64,000 nucleotides of DNA from Candidatus Bathyarchaeota archaeon (GCA_052246995.1 JBQPWD010000001.1:206652-270651); one strand, 5' to 3'. Shown: positions 1-9,828, counted from the first letter of the stretch. The notes: a model not told the origin generated them from the sequence alone. A program made the numbers and translations.

Positions 1-1
1 T

Positions 2-346
2 ATGTGGCTTAATGATGCTAAAAAACTTTTGGAGGATGTTATAGCTCAAAAAAGACCGATACCCTACAGAAGACATAGGAAAAAAGTCCCCCATAGAAAA
101 GAGCTTCAAGGTCCATGGTCTTCAGGTAGATACCCGAAAAAAGCTTCAAAAGAAATTTTAAGGATTCTAAACGCTCTTGAAGCCAATGCTGAACAAAAGG
201 GGTTAAATGTTGAAAGGCTTAAGATTATCCATGCAGCAACCCAAAAAGGTACAAAGATAAGGAAGTATATTCCAAGAGCTTTTGGTAGGAGCACCCCCTA
301 CTTTCAACAGCTAACCCATGTTGAGTTTGTTGTTGAGGAGAGGTAA
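2..346 (+). CDS. rpl22: 50S ribosomal protein L22 (C-terminal part; 5' end outside window)
   Basis: The translation ends in the L22-like sequence ...IIHAATQKGTKIRKYIPRAFGRSTPY. It lies immediately upstream of S3, as in the conserved archaeal r-protein cluster. The ORF is open to the window edge. Confidence 0.8.
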   Translation: MWLNDAKKLLEDVIAQKRPIPYRRHRKKVPHRKELQGPWSSGRYPKKASKEILRILNALEANAEQKGLNVERLKIIHAATQKGTKIRKYIPRAFGRSTPYFQQLTHVEFVVEER

Positions 347-450
347 AATCTTGGGTTTTATTTTATCTAACATTTCGCTGGCTAAATAGTAATTATCAGC
401 TTTACCACCCCTTTTAACTAGGGATTTTAAGGTAAAGCTTAAAATTATGC

Positions 451-460
451 TTTTTATATT
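451..460 (+). promoter_or_regulatory. Candidate archaeal TATA box (tttttatatt) upstream of rps3 in the 160-bp L22-S3 gap
   Basis: An AT-rich TATA-like octamer sits about 47 nt upstream of the S3 ATG at 507. The gap between L22 and S3 is unusually long for this cluster. Confidence 0.3.
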
Positions 461-506
461 GTTTAAAGCATTAAATATCCATAAAAATTGAGGCTTAAGG
501 TTTAAG

Positions 507-1169
507 ATGTCTGCAATAAAACAGATAATTACGGAATCAAAAAAGAAGGTTAGTGTAGACGAATTTCTGGAGCAGGAATTGGCTAGGGCAGGTTATGGTG
601 GAGTTGACATAACAAAAACTCCTTTAGGCACAAGGATTACAATATATGCCGCTAGACCAGAAGCAATAATTGGACGTGGAGGAGAAAATATTCGAAGACT
701 TGCAAAAACTCTTGAATCAAAATTTGGGCTTCCTAACCCTCAAATAGCTGTTGCTGAAGTTCAGAATCCTGAACTTAACCCAAAAATAATGGCTTCAAGA
801 ATTCTTGCGGCAATCCAACGAGGTATACACTTTAGAAGGGCATGCTACTGGGCTTTAACCAGTATAATGAAGGCTGGGGCTTTAGGTGTGGAAATAGTTA
901 TAAGCGGAAAACTTACAACTGAGCGTGCACGATATGAAAAATTTAAGGCTGGATATTTACCTAGAGTTGGAGATCCTGTTTTAAAGCATGTTAAAACAGC
1001 AACATCTTACGTTCTATTAAAACCTGGACTTTATGGTGTTAAAGTTACAATAGTCCCTCCTGACTATAAATCTCCAGACTATGTTGAGATTCTGGAGAAA
1101 AGTGCTAGTGAAACTGGTAAGGTTAGCGAAGAGAAACCTGAAAAAGCCGAAAGCGAGGGTGAAGGTTAA
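507..1169 (+). CDS. rps3: 30S ribosomal protein S3
   Basis: KH-domain motif RITIYAARPEAIIGRGGENIRRL; position after L22 and before L29. Confidence 0.92.
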   Translation: MSAIKQIITESKKKVSVDEFLEQELARAGYGGVDITKTPLGTRITIYAARPEAIIGRGGENIRRLAKTLESKFGLPNPQIAVAEVQNPELNPKIMASRILAAIQRGIHFRRACYWALTSIMKAGALGVEIVISGKLTTERARYEKFKAGYLPRVGDPVLKHVKTATSYVLLKPGLYGVKVTIVPPDYKSPDYVEILEKSASETGKVSEEKPEKAESEGEG

Positions 1170-1384
1170 TGCCAATTTTAAGGTTAAGTGAAATTAGGTC
1201 TATGAGTCGAGAAGAAAGGGATAAAAAGGTTGCAGAGCTTAGAGTTGAACTTATGAAGCTTAAGACAAGAGTTAAAGCTAAAGGCACCTTGGAGAATCCT
1301 AAAGCTATAAAGGAGATTAGGAAAACTATTGCAAGAATTTTAACCATACAGAGAGAGGATGAGTTAAAGAAGGGTGGTAGATAG
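1169..1384 (+). CDS. rpl29: 50S ribosomal protein L29
   Basis: 71-aa protein with LRVELMKLKTRVKAKGTLENPKAIKEIRKTIARILT; its start overlaps the S3 stop. Confidence 0.9.
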   Translation: MPILRLSEIRSMSREERDKKVAELRVELMKLKTRVKAKGTLENPKAIKEIRKTIARILTIQREDELKKGGR

Positions 1385-1386
1385 GT

Positions 1387-1671
1387 TTGACGCCTATAAC
1401 GCCTAAAAATCTCATCAACCATGAATTAATAGGTTTAGATGTCACTATTGTTAAAAGCGAGTGTAAAAGTTATACTGGCTTTTCAGGTAAGGTTATAGAT
1501 GAAACTAGAAATATGCTTATTATAGATGATGGTAAAAAAAGGAGAAGTTTTCCAAAAGAAGTTTCACGTTTTCTTTTTAGGCTTCCAGATGGTCAACTTA
1601 TCCTTGTTGATGGTAAAATCTTGGTTGGAAGGCCTGAAGATAGACTTAAAAAAAGGCTTGTTAGGTGGTAG
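1387..1671 (+). CDS. rnp1: Ribonuclease P protein component 1 (Rpp29/Pop4 homologue)
   Basis: A 94-aa protein sits between L29 and S17, the conserved archaeal slot for Rnp1. Its motif LIGLDVTIVKS...GKVIDETRNMLII resembles the Rpp29 barrel. Confidence 0.75.
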   Translation: MTPITPKNLINHELIGLDVTIVKSECKSYTGFSGKVIDETRNMLIIDDGKKRRSFPKEVSRFLFRLPDGQLILVDGKILVGRPEDRLKKRLVRW

Positions 1672-2016
1672 GTGGTTTTGAGAAACATAGGGATTCCGGT
1701 TGCTAATCCTCCAAAAAAAGAATGTAATGATCCTAAATGTCCTTATCACGGTAAACTCTCGGTTAGAACTAAAACCTTGGAAGGTAAAGTTGTAAGTGCG
1801 AAAATGAGAGGGACGGTTATTGTTCAAAGGGATTACTTACATTATATATCAAAGTATATGCGTTATGAGCGTAGAAGAAGCAGAATTCCTGCCCATAATC
1901 CACCATGTATAGATGCTAGGGAGGGTGATATTGTAAGGATTAGCGAATGTAGACCATTAAGCAAGACTGTTTCATGGGTTGTTATAGAAAAAAAGGTTTC
2001 CGCAGGTGGAAGTTAA
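1672..2016 (+). CDS. rps17: 30S ribosomal protein S17
   Basis: Has the KECNDPKCPYHGKLSVR zinc-ribbon-like motif of archaeal S17; lies in the synteny slot before L14. Confidence 0.9.
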   Translation: MVLRNIGIPVANPPKKECNDPKCPYHGKLSVRTKTLEGKVVSAKMRGTVIVQRDYLHYISKYMRYERRRSRIPAHNPPCIDAREGDIVRISECRPLSKTVSWVVIEKKVSAGGS

Positions 2017-2457
2017 ATGTCCGCTAAAGCTAAAAGTAGAGCTGTAAGTGCTAAGGGTGTAGTTGAGTATAGGCCTAGAATATCTAAAGGTGTACCTGTA
2101 GGCGCCATTATACGTTGTGCAGATAATACTGGAGCTAAAGAGCTAAGAGTTATTCAAGTTGTAGGTTACAAAGGAAGACATAGACGAATACCTGCTGCAG
2201 GAGTTGGAGATATGGTAATGGTTTCAGTTAGGAAGGGTACACCTGACATGCGAAAGCAGATTTTTCCAGCTGTTCTTATTAGGCAAAAGATGCCTTATAG
2301 AAGGGTTGATGGTACAAGAATTCAGTTTGAGGATAATGCAGCGGTGATAATGACTCCTGAAGGAGAATTGAAAGGTACGGAAATTCGCGGTCCAGTTGCT
2401 AAGGAAGCTGCGGAAAGGTGGCCTAGGGTGGCGAGCATCTCAAGCATGATTATTTAG
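2017..2457 (+). CDS. rpl14: 50S ribosomal protein L14
   Basis: Motifs [25 protein letters not shown] and [11 protein letters not shown]. Confidence 0.92.
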   Translation: MSAKAKSRAVSAKGVVEYRPRISKGVPVGAIIRCADNTGAKELRVIQVVGYKGRHRRIPAAGVGDMVMVSVRKGTPDMRKQIFPAVLIRQKMPYRRVDGTRIQFEDNAAVIMTPEGELKGTEIRGPVAKEAAERWPRVASISSMII

Positions 2458-2463
2458 AGGTGA

Positions 2464-2847
2464 ATGCTCATGGTTCTATCATCTAAACCTTCAAAACAAA
2501 GGAAATTTTTGTTAACATCTCCAATTCATAAAAGACGTAAAATTGTTTCAGCTCACTTATCAATGGATTTAAGGTTAAAATACAATAGAAGGTCTTTTTC
2601 CATTCGTAGCGGGGATGTTGTTCAAATTGTTCGTGGAGATTATAAGGGGATGGAGGGTAAAGTTGTAAAAGTTGACTATAAAAATTATCGTATTACTGTT
2701 GAAGGCATAACAAGGGAAAAAGCTGATGGAAAAACCGTTTTCATACCAATTCACCCCTCAAATGTTATAATAAAAAAGCTTAACCTTGATGATAAATGGA
2801 GGCTTGAAAGGTTAAACCAAAAGGTAGCTGCTGAAAAAAGAGGTTAG
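2464..2847 (+). CDS. rpl24: 50S ribosomal protein L24
   Basis: KOW motif SGDVVQIVRGDYKGMEGKVVKVD; lies in the synteny slot. Confidence 0.9.
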   Translation: MLMVLSSKPSKQRKFLLTSPIHKRRKIVSAHLSMDLRLKYNRRSFSIRSGDVVQIVRGDYKGMEGKVVKVDYKNYRITVEGITREKADGKTVFIPIHPSNVIIKKLNLDDKWRLERLNQKVAAEKRG

Positions 2848-2853
2848 AGTACC

Positions 2854-3603
2854 ATGGGAAGTAAAGGTGGGAGTTCGCATATTAAAAGACTTGTAGCACC
2901 AAGTTTTTGGCCAATACATAGAAAGGAAAAAGTTTGGACTGTAAAACCTTCACCGGGGCCTCATTCAATAAGTGAAAGCATCCCCCTTCTAGTTATTGTT
3001 AGAGACCTTCTCAGTTTAGCTAAAACAGCTCGTGAGGCTAGCATTATAATCTCTGGTGGTAAGATTAAGGTTGATGGACGTGTAAGAAAAGATAGAAAAT
3101 TCCCTGTAGGATTGATGGATGTAGTTGAAATTCCAGATATAGGTAAAAGTTTTCGTGTTGTTCCTGATAGCCACAACTTTTTAGCGCTGGTTGAGGTGAG
3201 TGGAGAAGAAAAAAACTTTAAGCTTTGTAGAATAGAGGGCAAGGTTACAGTTAAAGGTGGAAAAACACAGCTTAATCTTCATGATGGAAAAAATGTTGTT
3301 TTAGATGGTGAAGAAGCTAAAAAAGGATGGAAGGTTTTAGATGTTTTAAAAATAGGCTTCCCAGACTATAAAATAGTTCTTCAACATTTGCCGCTTAAAG
3401 AGGGTATGTATGCTGTAATTACTGGTGGAAGAAACATTGGTAAACATGGAGTAATAAAGATGATTGAGAAAACAGAACATAAGGCTAGAAAATATCGGAG
3501 TATTACCATCGAAGATACTAATGGTGGACAATGGCAAACAATACCTGAATACGTTTTTGTTGTTGGTGAGGAGAAGCCCTTAGTATCTTTATCTAGTGGG
3601 TGA
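2854..3603 (+). CDS. rps4e: 30S ribosomal protein S4e
   Basis: HIKRLVAPSFWPIHRKEKVWTVKPSPGPH is the typical S4e N-terminus; length 249 aa. Confidence 0.92.
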   Translation: MGSKGGSSHIKRLVAPSFWPIHRKEKVWTVKPSPGPHSISESIPLLVIVRDLLSLAKTAREASIIISGGKIKVDGRVRKDRKFPVGLMDVVEIPDIGKSFRVVPDSHNFLALVEVSGEEKNFKLCRIEGKVTVKGGKTQLNLHDGKNVVLDGEEAKKGWKVLDVLKIGFPDYKIVLQHLPLKEGMYAVITGGRNIGKHGVIKMIEKTEHKARKYRSITIEDTNGGQWQTIPEYVFVVGEEKPLVSLSSG

Positions 3604-3610
3604 AGATACT

Positions 3611-4177
3611 ATGCCTAAGGTGGAGACATTAGATATAGAAAACGTTGAAAGCATATATAATAAGTGGAAAAAAAACCCTATGGCTAAACCCAGAATTGGC
3701 AAGGTAACTATAAATGTTTGTGTTGGAAAATCTGGTGAACCACTAGAAAAAGCTGCAAAAATAATTGAACAGTTAACAAGTCAAAAACCATGCTTTAGAA
3801 CTGCTAAAAAAACTATAAAGGATTTCGGTATTCGTAGAGGTGAACCTATAGCATGTCTTGTCACTCTTAGAAAGGGGAGGGCTGAAGAGTTTCTTAAAAA
3901 AGCTTTTGCTGCTGTTGGAAATAAAATTTCAAGGTCAAGTTTTGATAATTTTGGAAACTTTTCTTTTGGCATAAAAGAACATATTGAAATTCCGGGAGTA
4001 AAGTATAACCCTGACCTTGGTATTATAGGTATGGATGTGTGTATCACGATGGAGAAACCTGGGTATAGAGTTAAGGAAAGAAAAAGAGCACGTTCAAAGG
4101 TTGGCTCAAAGCATAGGGTTACGGTTGATGAGGCTATATTATTCCTTAAAGAGAATTTTGGAGTTGAGGTTGTGTAA
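3611..4177 (+). CDS. rpl5: 50S ribosomal protein L5
   Basis: [22 protein letters not shown]...[24 protein letters not shown]. The ATG at 3611 is preferred over the overlapping upstream start at 3596. Confidence 0.9.
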   Translation: MPKVETLDIENVESIYNKWKKNPMAKPRIGKVTINVCVGKSGEPLEKAAKIIEQLTSQKPCFRTAKKTIKDFGIRRGEPIACLVTLRKGRAEEFLKKAFAAVGNKISRSSFDNFGNFSFGIKEHIEIPGVKYNPDLGIIGMDVCITMEKPGYRVKERKRARSKVGSKHRVTVDEAILFLKENFGVEVV

Positions 4178-4179
4178 GC

Positions 4180-4344
4180 TTGGCTAAATTTAAGCCTAAA
4201 AAAGAGAGAAAGTATGGTAAGGGTAGTCGTCCATGCGTTAGATGCGGCTCATACGGGCCTATAATTAGAAGATTAAAACTTAACCTTTGCCGGCAATGTT
4301 TTAGGGAGGTTGCTCCAAAACTTGGATTTAAAAAGTATAGGTAA
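4180..4344 (+). CDS. rps14: 30S ribosomal protein S14 (type Z, zinc-binding); not in the supplied ORF track
   Basis: A TTG-initiated 54-codon ORF gives [54 protein letters not shown], with its CxxC...CxxC zinc ribbon. It exactly fills the gap between L5 and S8. Confidence 0.85.
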   Translation: MAKFKPKKERKYGKGSRPCVRCGSYGPIIRRLKLNLCRQCFREVAPKLGFKKYR

Positions 4345-4365
4345 GTGGGAGGGGTAGGTGTATAT

Positions 4366-4758
4366 ATGACTTTAAATGACCCTTTAAGCGTTTGTCTCTC
4401 CACTGTAATGAATAATGAAATGAGAAATAAACGCGAATGTATAGTTTCTCCAGCATCAAAACTTGTAGGTGAAGTTTTAAAAGTTATGCAAAGGCACGGT
4501 TACATTGGCGAGTTTGAGTTTATTGATGATGGTAGATCAGGCAAGTTTAGAATTCAACTTTTGGGAAGGATCAATAAATGTGGAGTTATTAAACCACGAT
4601 TTTCTGTAAAAATTAAAGAAATTGAGTTTTTTAAGAAAATGTTCCTTCCTGCAAGAGATGTAGGTATACTTGTACTTTCAACTCCACAGGGGGTTATGTC
4701 ACACAAGGATGCCTTACAAAAACATATTGGAGGAAAACTTTTGGTGTATGTCTACTAG
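4366..4758 (+). CDS. rps8: 30S ribosomal protein S8
   Basis: MTLNDPLSVCLSTVMNNEMRNKRECIV...LSTPQGVMSHKDA. The ATG at 4366 follows a GGAGG/GGTAGGTG Shine-Dalgarno-like stretch. Confidence 0.9.
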   Translation: MTLNDPLSVCLSTVMNNEMRNKRECIVSPASKLVGEVLKVMQRHGYIGEFEFIDDGRSGKFRIQLLGRINKCGVIKPRFSVKIKEIEFFKKMFLPARDVGILVLSTPQGVMSHKDALQKHIGGKLLVYVY

Positions 4759-4782
4759 TTCACTTAAAGGTGAACCCGCAGG

Positions 4783-5325
4783 ATGGTTAGACTAGTTGAT
4801 GAGAAAACTGTAAGTATCCCTGAAAACGTCAAAGTTGAGCTCAACGGTAAGTTTATCACTATTAAGGGGCCGCTTGGAGAACTTAAAAAGGATTTTTCAG
4901 CCTTACCGATTCAATTACTTGTTAAAAACGGTGAAGTTGTTGTTAGAGCATTTTGGGCTAGAAAATTTGAAAGGGCATTAGTTGGAACTGTTGCCGCACA
5001 TATAAGAAACATGGTTAAGGGTGTAACAAAAGGTTTTACCTATAAACTTAAAAAAGTTTATTCTCACTTTCCTATAAATGTTAAAACTGAAGATGGTAAA
5101 GTATTGATTGAAAACTTTATCGGTGAAAGATATCCTCGAGTAGCAAAAATTGTTGGCGATGTTAAGGTTGAAGTTAAAGGAGATGATTTAGAGGTTAAAG
5201 GTATAAATCTTGAAGATGTAAGTCAAACAGCAGCTAATATTCAACAAGCAACAAAGATTAAGAAGAAGGACTTGAGAGTTTTTCTAGATGGTATATATGT
5301 TTACGAAAAAACCGAGGGAATGTAA
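4783..5325 (+). CDS. rpl6: 50S ribosomal protein L6
   Basis: VKVELNGKFITIKGPLGEL and a duplicated L6 domain; synteny. Confidence 0.9.
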   Translation: MVRLVDEKTVSIPENVKVELNGKFITIKGPLGELKKDFSALPIQLLVKNGEVVVRAFWARKFERALVGTVAAHIRNMVKGVTKGFTYKLKKVYSHFPINVKTEDGKVLIENFIGERYPRVAKIVGDVKVEVKGDDLEVKGINLEDVSQTAANIQQATKIKKKDLRVFLDGIYVYEKTEGM

Positions 5326-5729
5326 TGATAAAAGAATCTGGCAACATTAGAGGTAAAAAAGCTTTAAGAAAAATCTTAAAGTTAAAAAGAAAAATTCCAA
5401 GGTTTATCAGGCAGGAATCTTACCGTTATAAAAGACTTGAAACAGGTTGGAGAAGACCTAAAGGTTTAGATAGTAAAATGAGGCTTAAAAGGAAGGGATA
5501 TAATCCTCTACCTAATATTGGATACCGCACACCAAAATCCTTCAGAAACATCCATCCATCAGGTTATGTTGAAGTTTTAGTTCATAACCCTAATAAACTT
5601 AAAAACTTGGACCCTAAAATTCATGCAATTAGAGTAGCTCATACTGTTGGTAGAAGGAAGAGATTAGAAATTGAAAAGGTTGCAATAGAAAAGGGAATTA
5701 TCATTTTAAATCCTCTTAAAACAAGCTGA
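5325..5729 (+). CDS. rpl32e: 50S ribosomal protein L32e
   Basis: FIRQESYRYKRLETGWRRPKGLDSKMR; synteny. Confidence 0.88.
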   Translation: MIKESGNIRGKKALRKILKLKRKIPRFIRQESYRYKRLETGWRRPKGLDSKMRLKRKGYNPLPNIGYRTPKSFRNIHPSGYVEVLVHNPNKLKNLDPKIHAIRVAHTVGRRKRLEIEKVAIEKGIIILNPLKTS

Positions 5730-5756
5730 CAAGTTTAATGTGGAGGGCTAACAGTT

Positions 5757-6215
5757 TTGAGCTTAAAAACTCAACGTAAACTTGCCGCAAGAATCTTGGG
5801 TGTTGGTGTTAACCGTATTTGGGTTAATCCTGAAAAAATTGAGGATGTAGAGGCAGCTGTAACTGGGAAAGACATTAGACGACTCATTAAGGATGGTGTC
5901 ATCACTTTACGCCCGGTTAAGGGTGTCAGTCGTGGTAGGGCTAGAACTAGGCATCTACGAAAAAGGATAGGTAGACGAAGAGGTTTAGGAAGTAGGAAAG
6001 GTGGTAAATTTGCTAAACTACCGAGAAAGAGAAGGTGGATTCAAACTATTAGAGCTCTCAGAAGAACTTTAAAAGAACTTAGAGATAAAAGGTTAATTAC
6101 GGGTCAAGTGTACAGGAAGCTTTATATAATGGCTAAGGGTGGAGTTTTTAAAAGTCGTACTCACCTTCTTCAGCATATTGAGTCAGCCAAACTTTATAGG
6201 AGGAAGCCTAGATAG
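5757..6215 (+). CDS. rpl19e: 50S ribosomal protein L19e
   Basis: LKTQRKLAARILGVGVNRIWVNPEKIEDVEAAVTGKDIRRLIKDG; TTG start. Confidence 0.88.
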   Translation: MSLKTQRKLAARILGVGVNRIWVNPEKIEDVEAAVTGKDIRRLIKDGVITLRPVKGVSRGRARTRHLRKRIGRRRGLGSRKGGKFAKLPRKRRWIQTIRALRRTLKELRDKRLITGQVYRKLYIMAKGGVFKSRTHLLQHIESAKLYRRKPR

Positions 6216-6799
6216 TGGCTAGAGGTTCAGCATATCGTGTACCATTTAGAAGAAGAAGAGAAGGAAAAACAAACTACTACTGTAGAAAAGAACTTATTAA
6301 ATCTGAGAAAATTAGACTCGTTATAAGGTGTAGTCTATCTCATACAAGAGTTCAGTTTGTCAAAGCAGAAGTTAAAGGTGATAAAGTGCTTATTTCAGCT
6401 TTCTCAAAGGAACTTGAAAAGTATGGTTGGAAAGCCCCCTGCGGAAACCTTCCAGCAGCATATCTTACAGGCTTTCTTGCAGGCTTAAAAGCTAAAAAAT
6501 CTGAGCTTAAAGAAGCTGTAATCGATGCTGGCATTAAGAAACCATCTAAAGGTTCAAGAGTTTATGCTGGTTTAAAAGGTGTTGTTGATGCTGGGATTCA
6601 TGTGTCATGCGACGATAGAGTTTTTCCTAGTGATGATAGAGTTGAAGGTAAGCATATAGCAAAATATTGGAAACTTATCGGTAGCTCGGAAAAACGTGGA
6701 ATAATGTTTTCTCAATATCTTACTAAAGATTTAAACCCTGAAAATCTCCCAGAACACTTTAACGAGGTTAAACAAAAAATTGAGGAAAGTTTTTCATAA
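6215..6799 (+). CDS. rpl18: 50S ribosomal protein L18 (L5e family)
   Basis: FRRRREGKTNYYCRKELIKS...RLVIRCSLSHTRVQFV; GTG start overlapping the L19e stop. Confidence 0.88.
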   Translation: MARGSAYRVPFRRRREGKTNYYCRKELIKSEKIRLVIRCSLSHTRVQFVKAEVKGDKVLISAFSKELEKYGWKAPCGNLPAAYLTGFLAGLKAKKSELKEAVIDAGIKKPSKGSRVYAGLKGVVDAGIHVSCDDRVFPSDDRVEGKHIAKYWKLIGSSEKRGIMFSQYLTKDLNPENLPEHFNEVKQKIEESFS

Positions 6800-6835
6800 A
6801 AGATTTTATTATTTGCTAAAAAATGGTGATTGTTG

Positions 6836-7459
6836 ATGAGCGACGAGGAAAAATCATGGGTTCCAAGAACAAGGCTTGGTAGATTGGTATATGAAGGTAA
6901 GATTGTTTCACTGGATGAGGTTTTTAGTCAGGGTTATAGAATTCAGGAAGCGGAAATTATTGATAGACTTTCACCAAATATACGTCAAGAAGTTTTAGAT
7001 ATAGGAATTGTCCAGAAACAGACAGATGCAGGTGAGCAGTCAAGATTTAGAGTTATTGTTGCGGTTGGAAATGAAGATGGTATTATTGGGGTTGGTTCTG
7101 GAAAAGCTAAGCAGGTTAGGTTGGCTATTGAAAAAGCTACAATGTATGCTAAACTTAATGTTATTCCTGTTAGAAGGGGCTGTGGAAGTTGGGAATGCGG
7201 CTGTGATTTACTTCATTCCCTACCGTTTAAGACTGAAGGTAAATGTGGAAGTGTTAAAGTTGTTCTTCTACCTGGACCGCGAGGTCTTGGACTTGTGGCC
7301 AATGCTCTTACAGCAACAATTTTAAGACTTGCAGGAATCAAAGATTGTTGGACTAGAAGTTTTGGTGCAACATCTACACCCGCATCACTTGCCTTCGCCG
7401 TTTATGATGCGTTAAAAAACACATATTCACTTGTTTCCCCAAAAGATTGGGCTGAGTAG
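6836..7459 (+). CDS. rps5: 30S ribosomal protein S5
   Basis: RFRVIVAVGNEDGIIGVGSGKAKQVRLAIEKA and GSVKVVLLPGPRGLGLVA. Confidence 0.92.
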   Translation: MSDEEKSWVPRTRLGRLVYEGKIVSLDEVFSQGYRIQEAEIIDRLSPNIRQEVLDIGIVQKQTDAGEQSRFRVIVAVGNEDGIIGVGSGKAKQVRLAIEKATMYAKLNVIPVRRGCGSWECGCDLLHSLPFKTEGKCGSVKVVLLPGPRGLGLVANALTATILRLAGIKDCWTRSFGATSTPASLAFAVYDALKNTYSLVSPKDWAE

Positions 7460-7462
7460 TAT

Positions 7463-7963
7463 ATGAATACGAGTATAAACGAGTATAAGTTTAAAGGCAA
7501 ATGCCTTCTTGTTGTAAGAATTAGGGGAACTGTAAATGTTCGTGGCGATGTGAAACATACCCTTAAACTTTTACGTTTAGAAAAACCTAACCACGCAACC
7601 CTAATTCCCGTATCTCCACAATTGCTTGGTATGCTTCAAAAAGTTAAAGATTACATAACATGGGGTGAAGCCTCAAAAGAGGCTGTTATTAAGCTTCTTC
7701 AAAAACGTGGTGAAATTACTGGTGGGGGGAAGCTTACAGAAGAGTATTTAAGAAAAAAGGGGTTTAAAAGTTTTGAAGAAATTGCGGAAAAACTGTGTAA
7801 CGCTGAGTTAAAGCTTAAAGAGCTTAACGGTGTTAAACCTGTTTTTCGCCTTCATCCACCGTCAAAAGGTTTTAGAAAAACTTTAAAACGTAGCTTTTCT
7901 GAGGGTGGAGAATTAGGTTATAGAGGCGAAAAGATAAACGAGTTAGTATTAAGAATGGTCTAG
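7463..7963 (+). CDS. rpl30: 50S ribosomal protein L30 (L7e family)
   Basis: LLVVRIRGTVNVRGDVKHTLKLLRLEKPNHATLIP; 166 aa. Confidence 0.88.
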   Translation: MNTSINEYKFKGKCLLVVRIRGTVNVRGDVKHTLKLLRLEKPNHATLIPVSPQLLGMLQKVKDYITWGEASKEAVIKLLQKRGEITGGGKLTEEYLRKKGFKSFEEIAEKLCNAELKLKELNGVKPVFRLHPPSKGFRKTLKRSFSEGGELGYRGEKINELVLRMV

Positions 7964-7974
7964 GGGGGTTTGGT

Positions 7975-8409
7975 TTGCCTCATAGGCTTAGAAAGATAAG
8001 AAAGCTCCGTGGATCTAGAACTTGTGGTTGGGGTAGGATTGGTCAGCATCGTAAGCATGGTATGAAGGGTGGTAGAGGCTGGGCTGGAGGGCATAAGCAT
8101 AAGTGGACTTACGTAGTAAAGTATGCTTCAGACCATTTTGGTAAAAGAGGTTTTCGCTGTCCAACAGGTATTGGAGAGGTTAAAGCTTTAAACGTCGGCG
8201 AGCTTAACGAGCTTCTTGATAAGCTTGTTAATGAAGGTAAAGTTGAATTTAAAGATGGAAAGTACCTTGTTAACCTTTCTAAGCTTGGATATGAGAAGCT
8301 TCTTGGTGAAGGTGAAATAAGCCGGGCAGTTACTGTTGAAGCTAAATATTTTTCAAAGAAAGCTGAAGAAAAAATTTTAGGTGCAGGTGGAAGCATAATT
8401 AAAGTTTAA
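7975..8409 (+). CDS. rpl15: 50S ribosomal protein L15
   Basis: LRKIRKLRGSRTCGWGRIGQHRKHGMKGGRGWAGGHKH. Confidence 0.9.
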   Translation: MPHRLRKIRKLRGSRTCGWGRIGQHRKHGMKGGRGWAGGHKHKWTYVVKYASDHFGKRGFRCPTGIGEVKALNVGELNELLDKLVNEGKVEFKDGKYLVNLSKLGYEKLLGEGEISRAVTVEAKYFSKKAEEKILGAGGSIIKV

Positions 8410-8430
8410 TCTAAAATTTGGCTGAAAACG

Positions 8431-9828
8431 ATGGCTGGAAAATTTTTTGAAGCCTTTGCAAGCCTTGCAAAAGGTCTTCCTGAAATAAAAAAACCTTTAC
8501 GTGCAGTACGATTTACCGAGAAGCTTTTCTGGACTGGTATTGTTTTAGTGATATACTTAATTATGGCTGAAACTCCTCTTTACGGTATAGCTTTAGGTGG
8601 ACAGGATCCGTTTGCCCTTATGCGTGTTATTTTTGCTTCTAGAAGGGGTACTTTGATGGAGCTTGGTATTGGTCCTATTGTTACTGCGGGTTTAATACTT
8701 CAACTGCTTGTTGGCTCAAGAATGATAGAACTTGACATGTCCAAACCTAAAGATAGAGCCATCTTTACAGCTGCAAATAAAGTTTTTGCAATAGTTATGA
8801 CAGCCTTTGAAGCTTTAATTTTTGTTTTTGGAGGTGTTTACGGACATTTAGAGCTGAATATTGCCTTAATTGTTTTCCTCCAACTTTTAGGTGCAGGTGT
8901 AATTGTAATACTGCTTGACGAGCTTGTTCAGAAAGGGTGGGGTATAGGTAGTGGTATAAGCCTTTTTATTGCTGCAGGAGTTGCCCAGCAAATATTTTGG
9001 AGTTGTTTTGCTCCAATAGTTGCTGGTGATGGGTATTTTGTTGGAGCAATACTTGCTTTACTTCAGTCTGTATTTAATGGTCAAGTTGGAGCCGTGATTA
9101 TTAGGTCAGGAGGTCTTCCAGACATGGTTGGTTTTATCTCTATGATAATAATTTTTTTAGTAGTAATATATCTGGAGGGTTTAAGAGTAGAAATTCCAAT
9201 TTCATATGCCCGGTTTAGAGGTTTTCGTGGAAGCTATCCTGTTAAATTTTTTTATGTTTCCAACATTCCAGTAATTTTAGCTTCAGCCTTATTTTCAAAC
9301 ATATACTTTTTTTCCAACATTCTTTCAAGCAGATTTCCAAACAGTTTTATAACAGGTTTTCTTGGAACTGTTGATCCAACAACAGGTATGCCTACGGGTG
9401 GGTTAATATATTACCTAACCCCGCCAAGGGATTTTGGAGCTTTTCTAGTTGACCCTGCAAGAGCTTTAATTTATACGCTCATACTTGTTGGTGTATGTGC
9501 TCTTTTCTCCATTACTTGGGTTGAAGTTGCAGGTTTGAGTTCAAGGGACGTTGCTGAAAAATTAATAGGTGCTGGTTTACAGGTGCCAGGGTTTAGAAGA
9601 GCGGAGAAGCCTATCAAGGAGATTCTTGATAGGTATATCCCAACAGTAACAGTTCTTGGAGGTGTAACTGTTGGATTAATTGCGGCAGTAGCTGATTTTT
9701 TCAGTACTTTTGGTAGTGGTATAGGTATACTTTTAACAACGGGTATAATGTGGCAATATTACCAGCTTCTGGTTAGAGAGCGTGTAGAAGAAATGTATCC
9801 TGGAATAAGTAAGATGCTTGGATTTTAA
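8431..9828 (+). CDS. secY: Preprotein translocase subunit SecY
   Basis: 465-aa polytopic membrane protein directly after L15, with conserved SecY segments (GIGPIVTAGLILQLL, GGLPDMVGFIS). Confidence 0.95.
   Translation: MAGKFFEAFASLAKGLPEIKKPLRAVRFTEKLFWTGIVLVIYLIMAETPLYGIALGGQDPFALMRVIFASRRGTLMELGIGPIVTAGLILQLLVGSRMIELDMSKPKDRAIFTAANKVFAIVMTAFEALIFVFGGVYGHLELNIALIVFLQLLGAGVIVILLDELVQKGWGIGSGISLFIAAGVAQQIFWSCFAPIVAGDGYFVGAILALLQSVFNGQVGAVIIRSGGLPDMVGFISMIIIFLVVIYLEGLRVEIPISYARFRGFRGSYPVKFFYVSNIPVILASALFSNIYFFSNILSSRFPNSFITGFLGTVDPTTGMPTGGLIYYLTPPRDFGAFLVDPARALIYTLILVGVCALFSITWVEVAGLSSRDVAEKLIGAGLQVPGFRRAEKPIKEILDRYIPTVTVLGGVTVGLIAAVADFFSTFGSGIGILLTTGIMWQYYQLLVRERVEEMYPGISKMLGF

Noticed and set aside
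7008-7325. 105-aa ORF in an alternate frame inside rps5; similar antisense or alternate-frame ORFs at 1123-1422, 2961-3242, 3781-4047 and 8109-8396 lie inside r-protein genes.
   Set aside because: They overlap highly conserved ribosomal protein genes entirely, have low-complexity Leu/Ser-rich translations, and have no independent start context. They are spurious.
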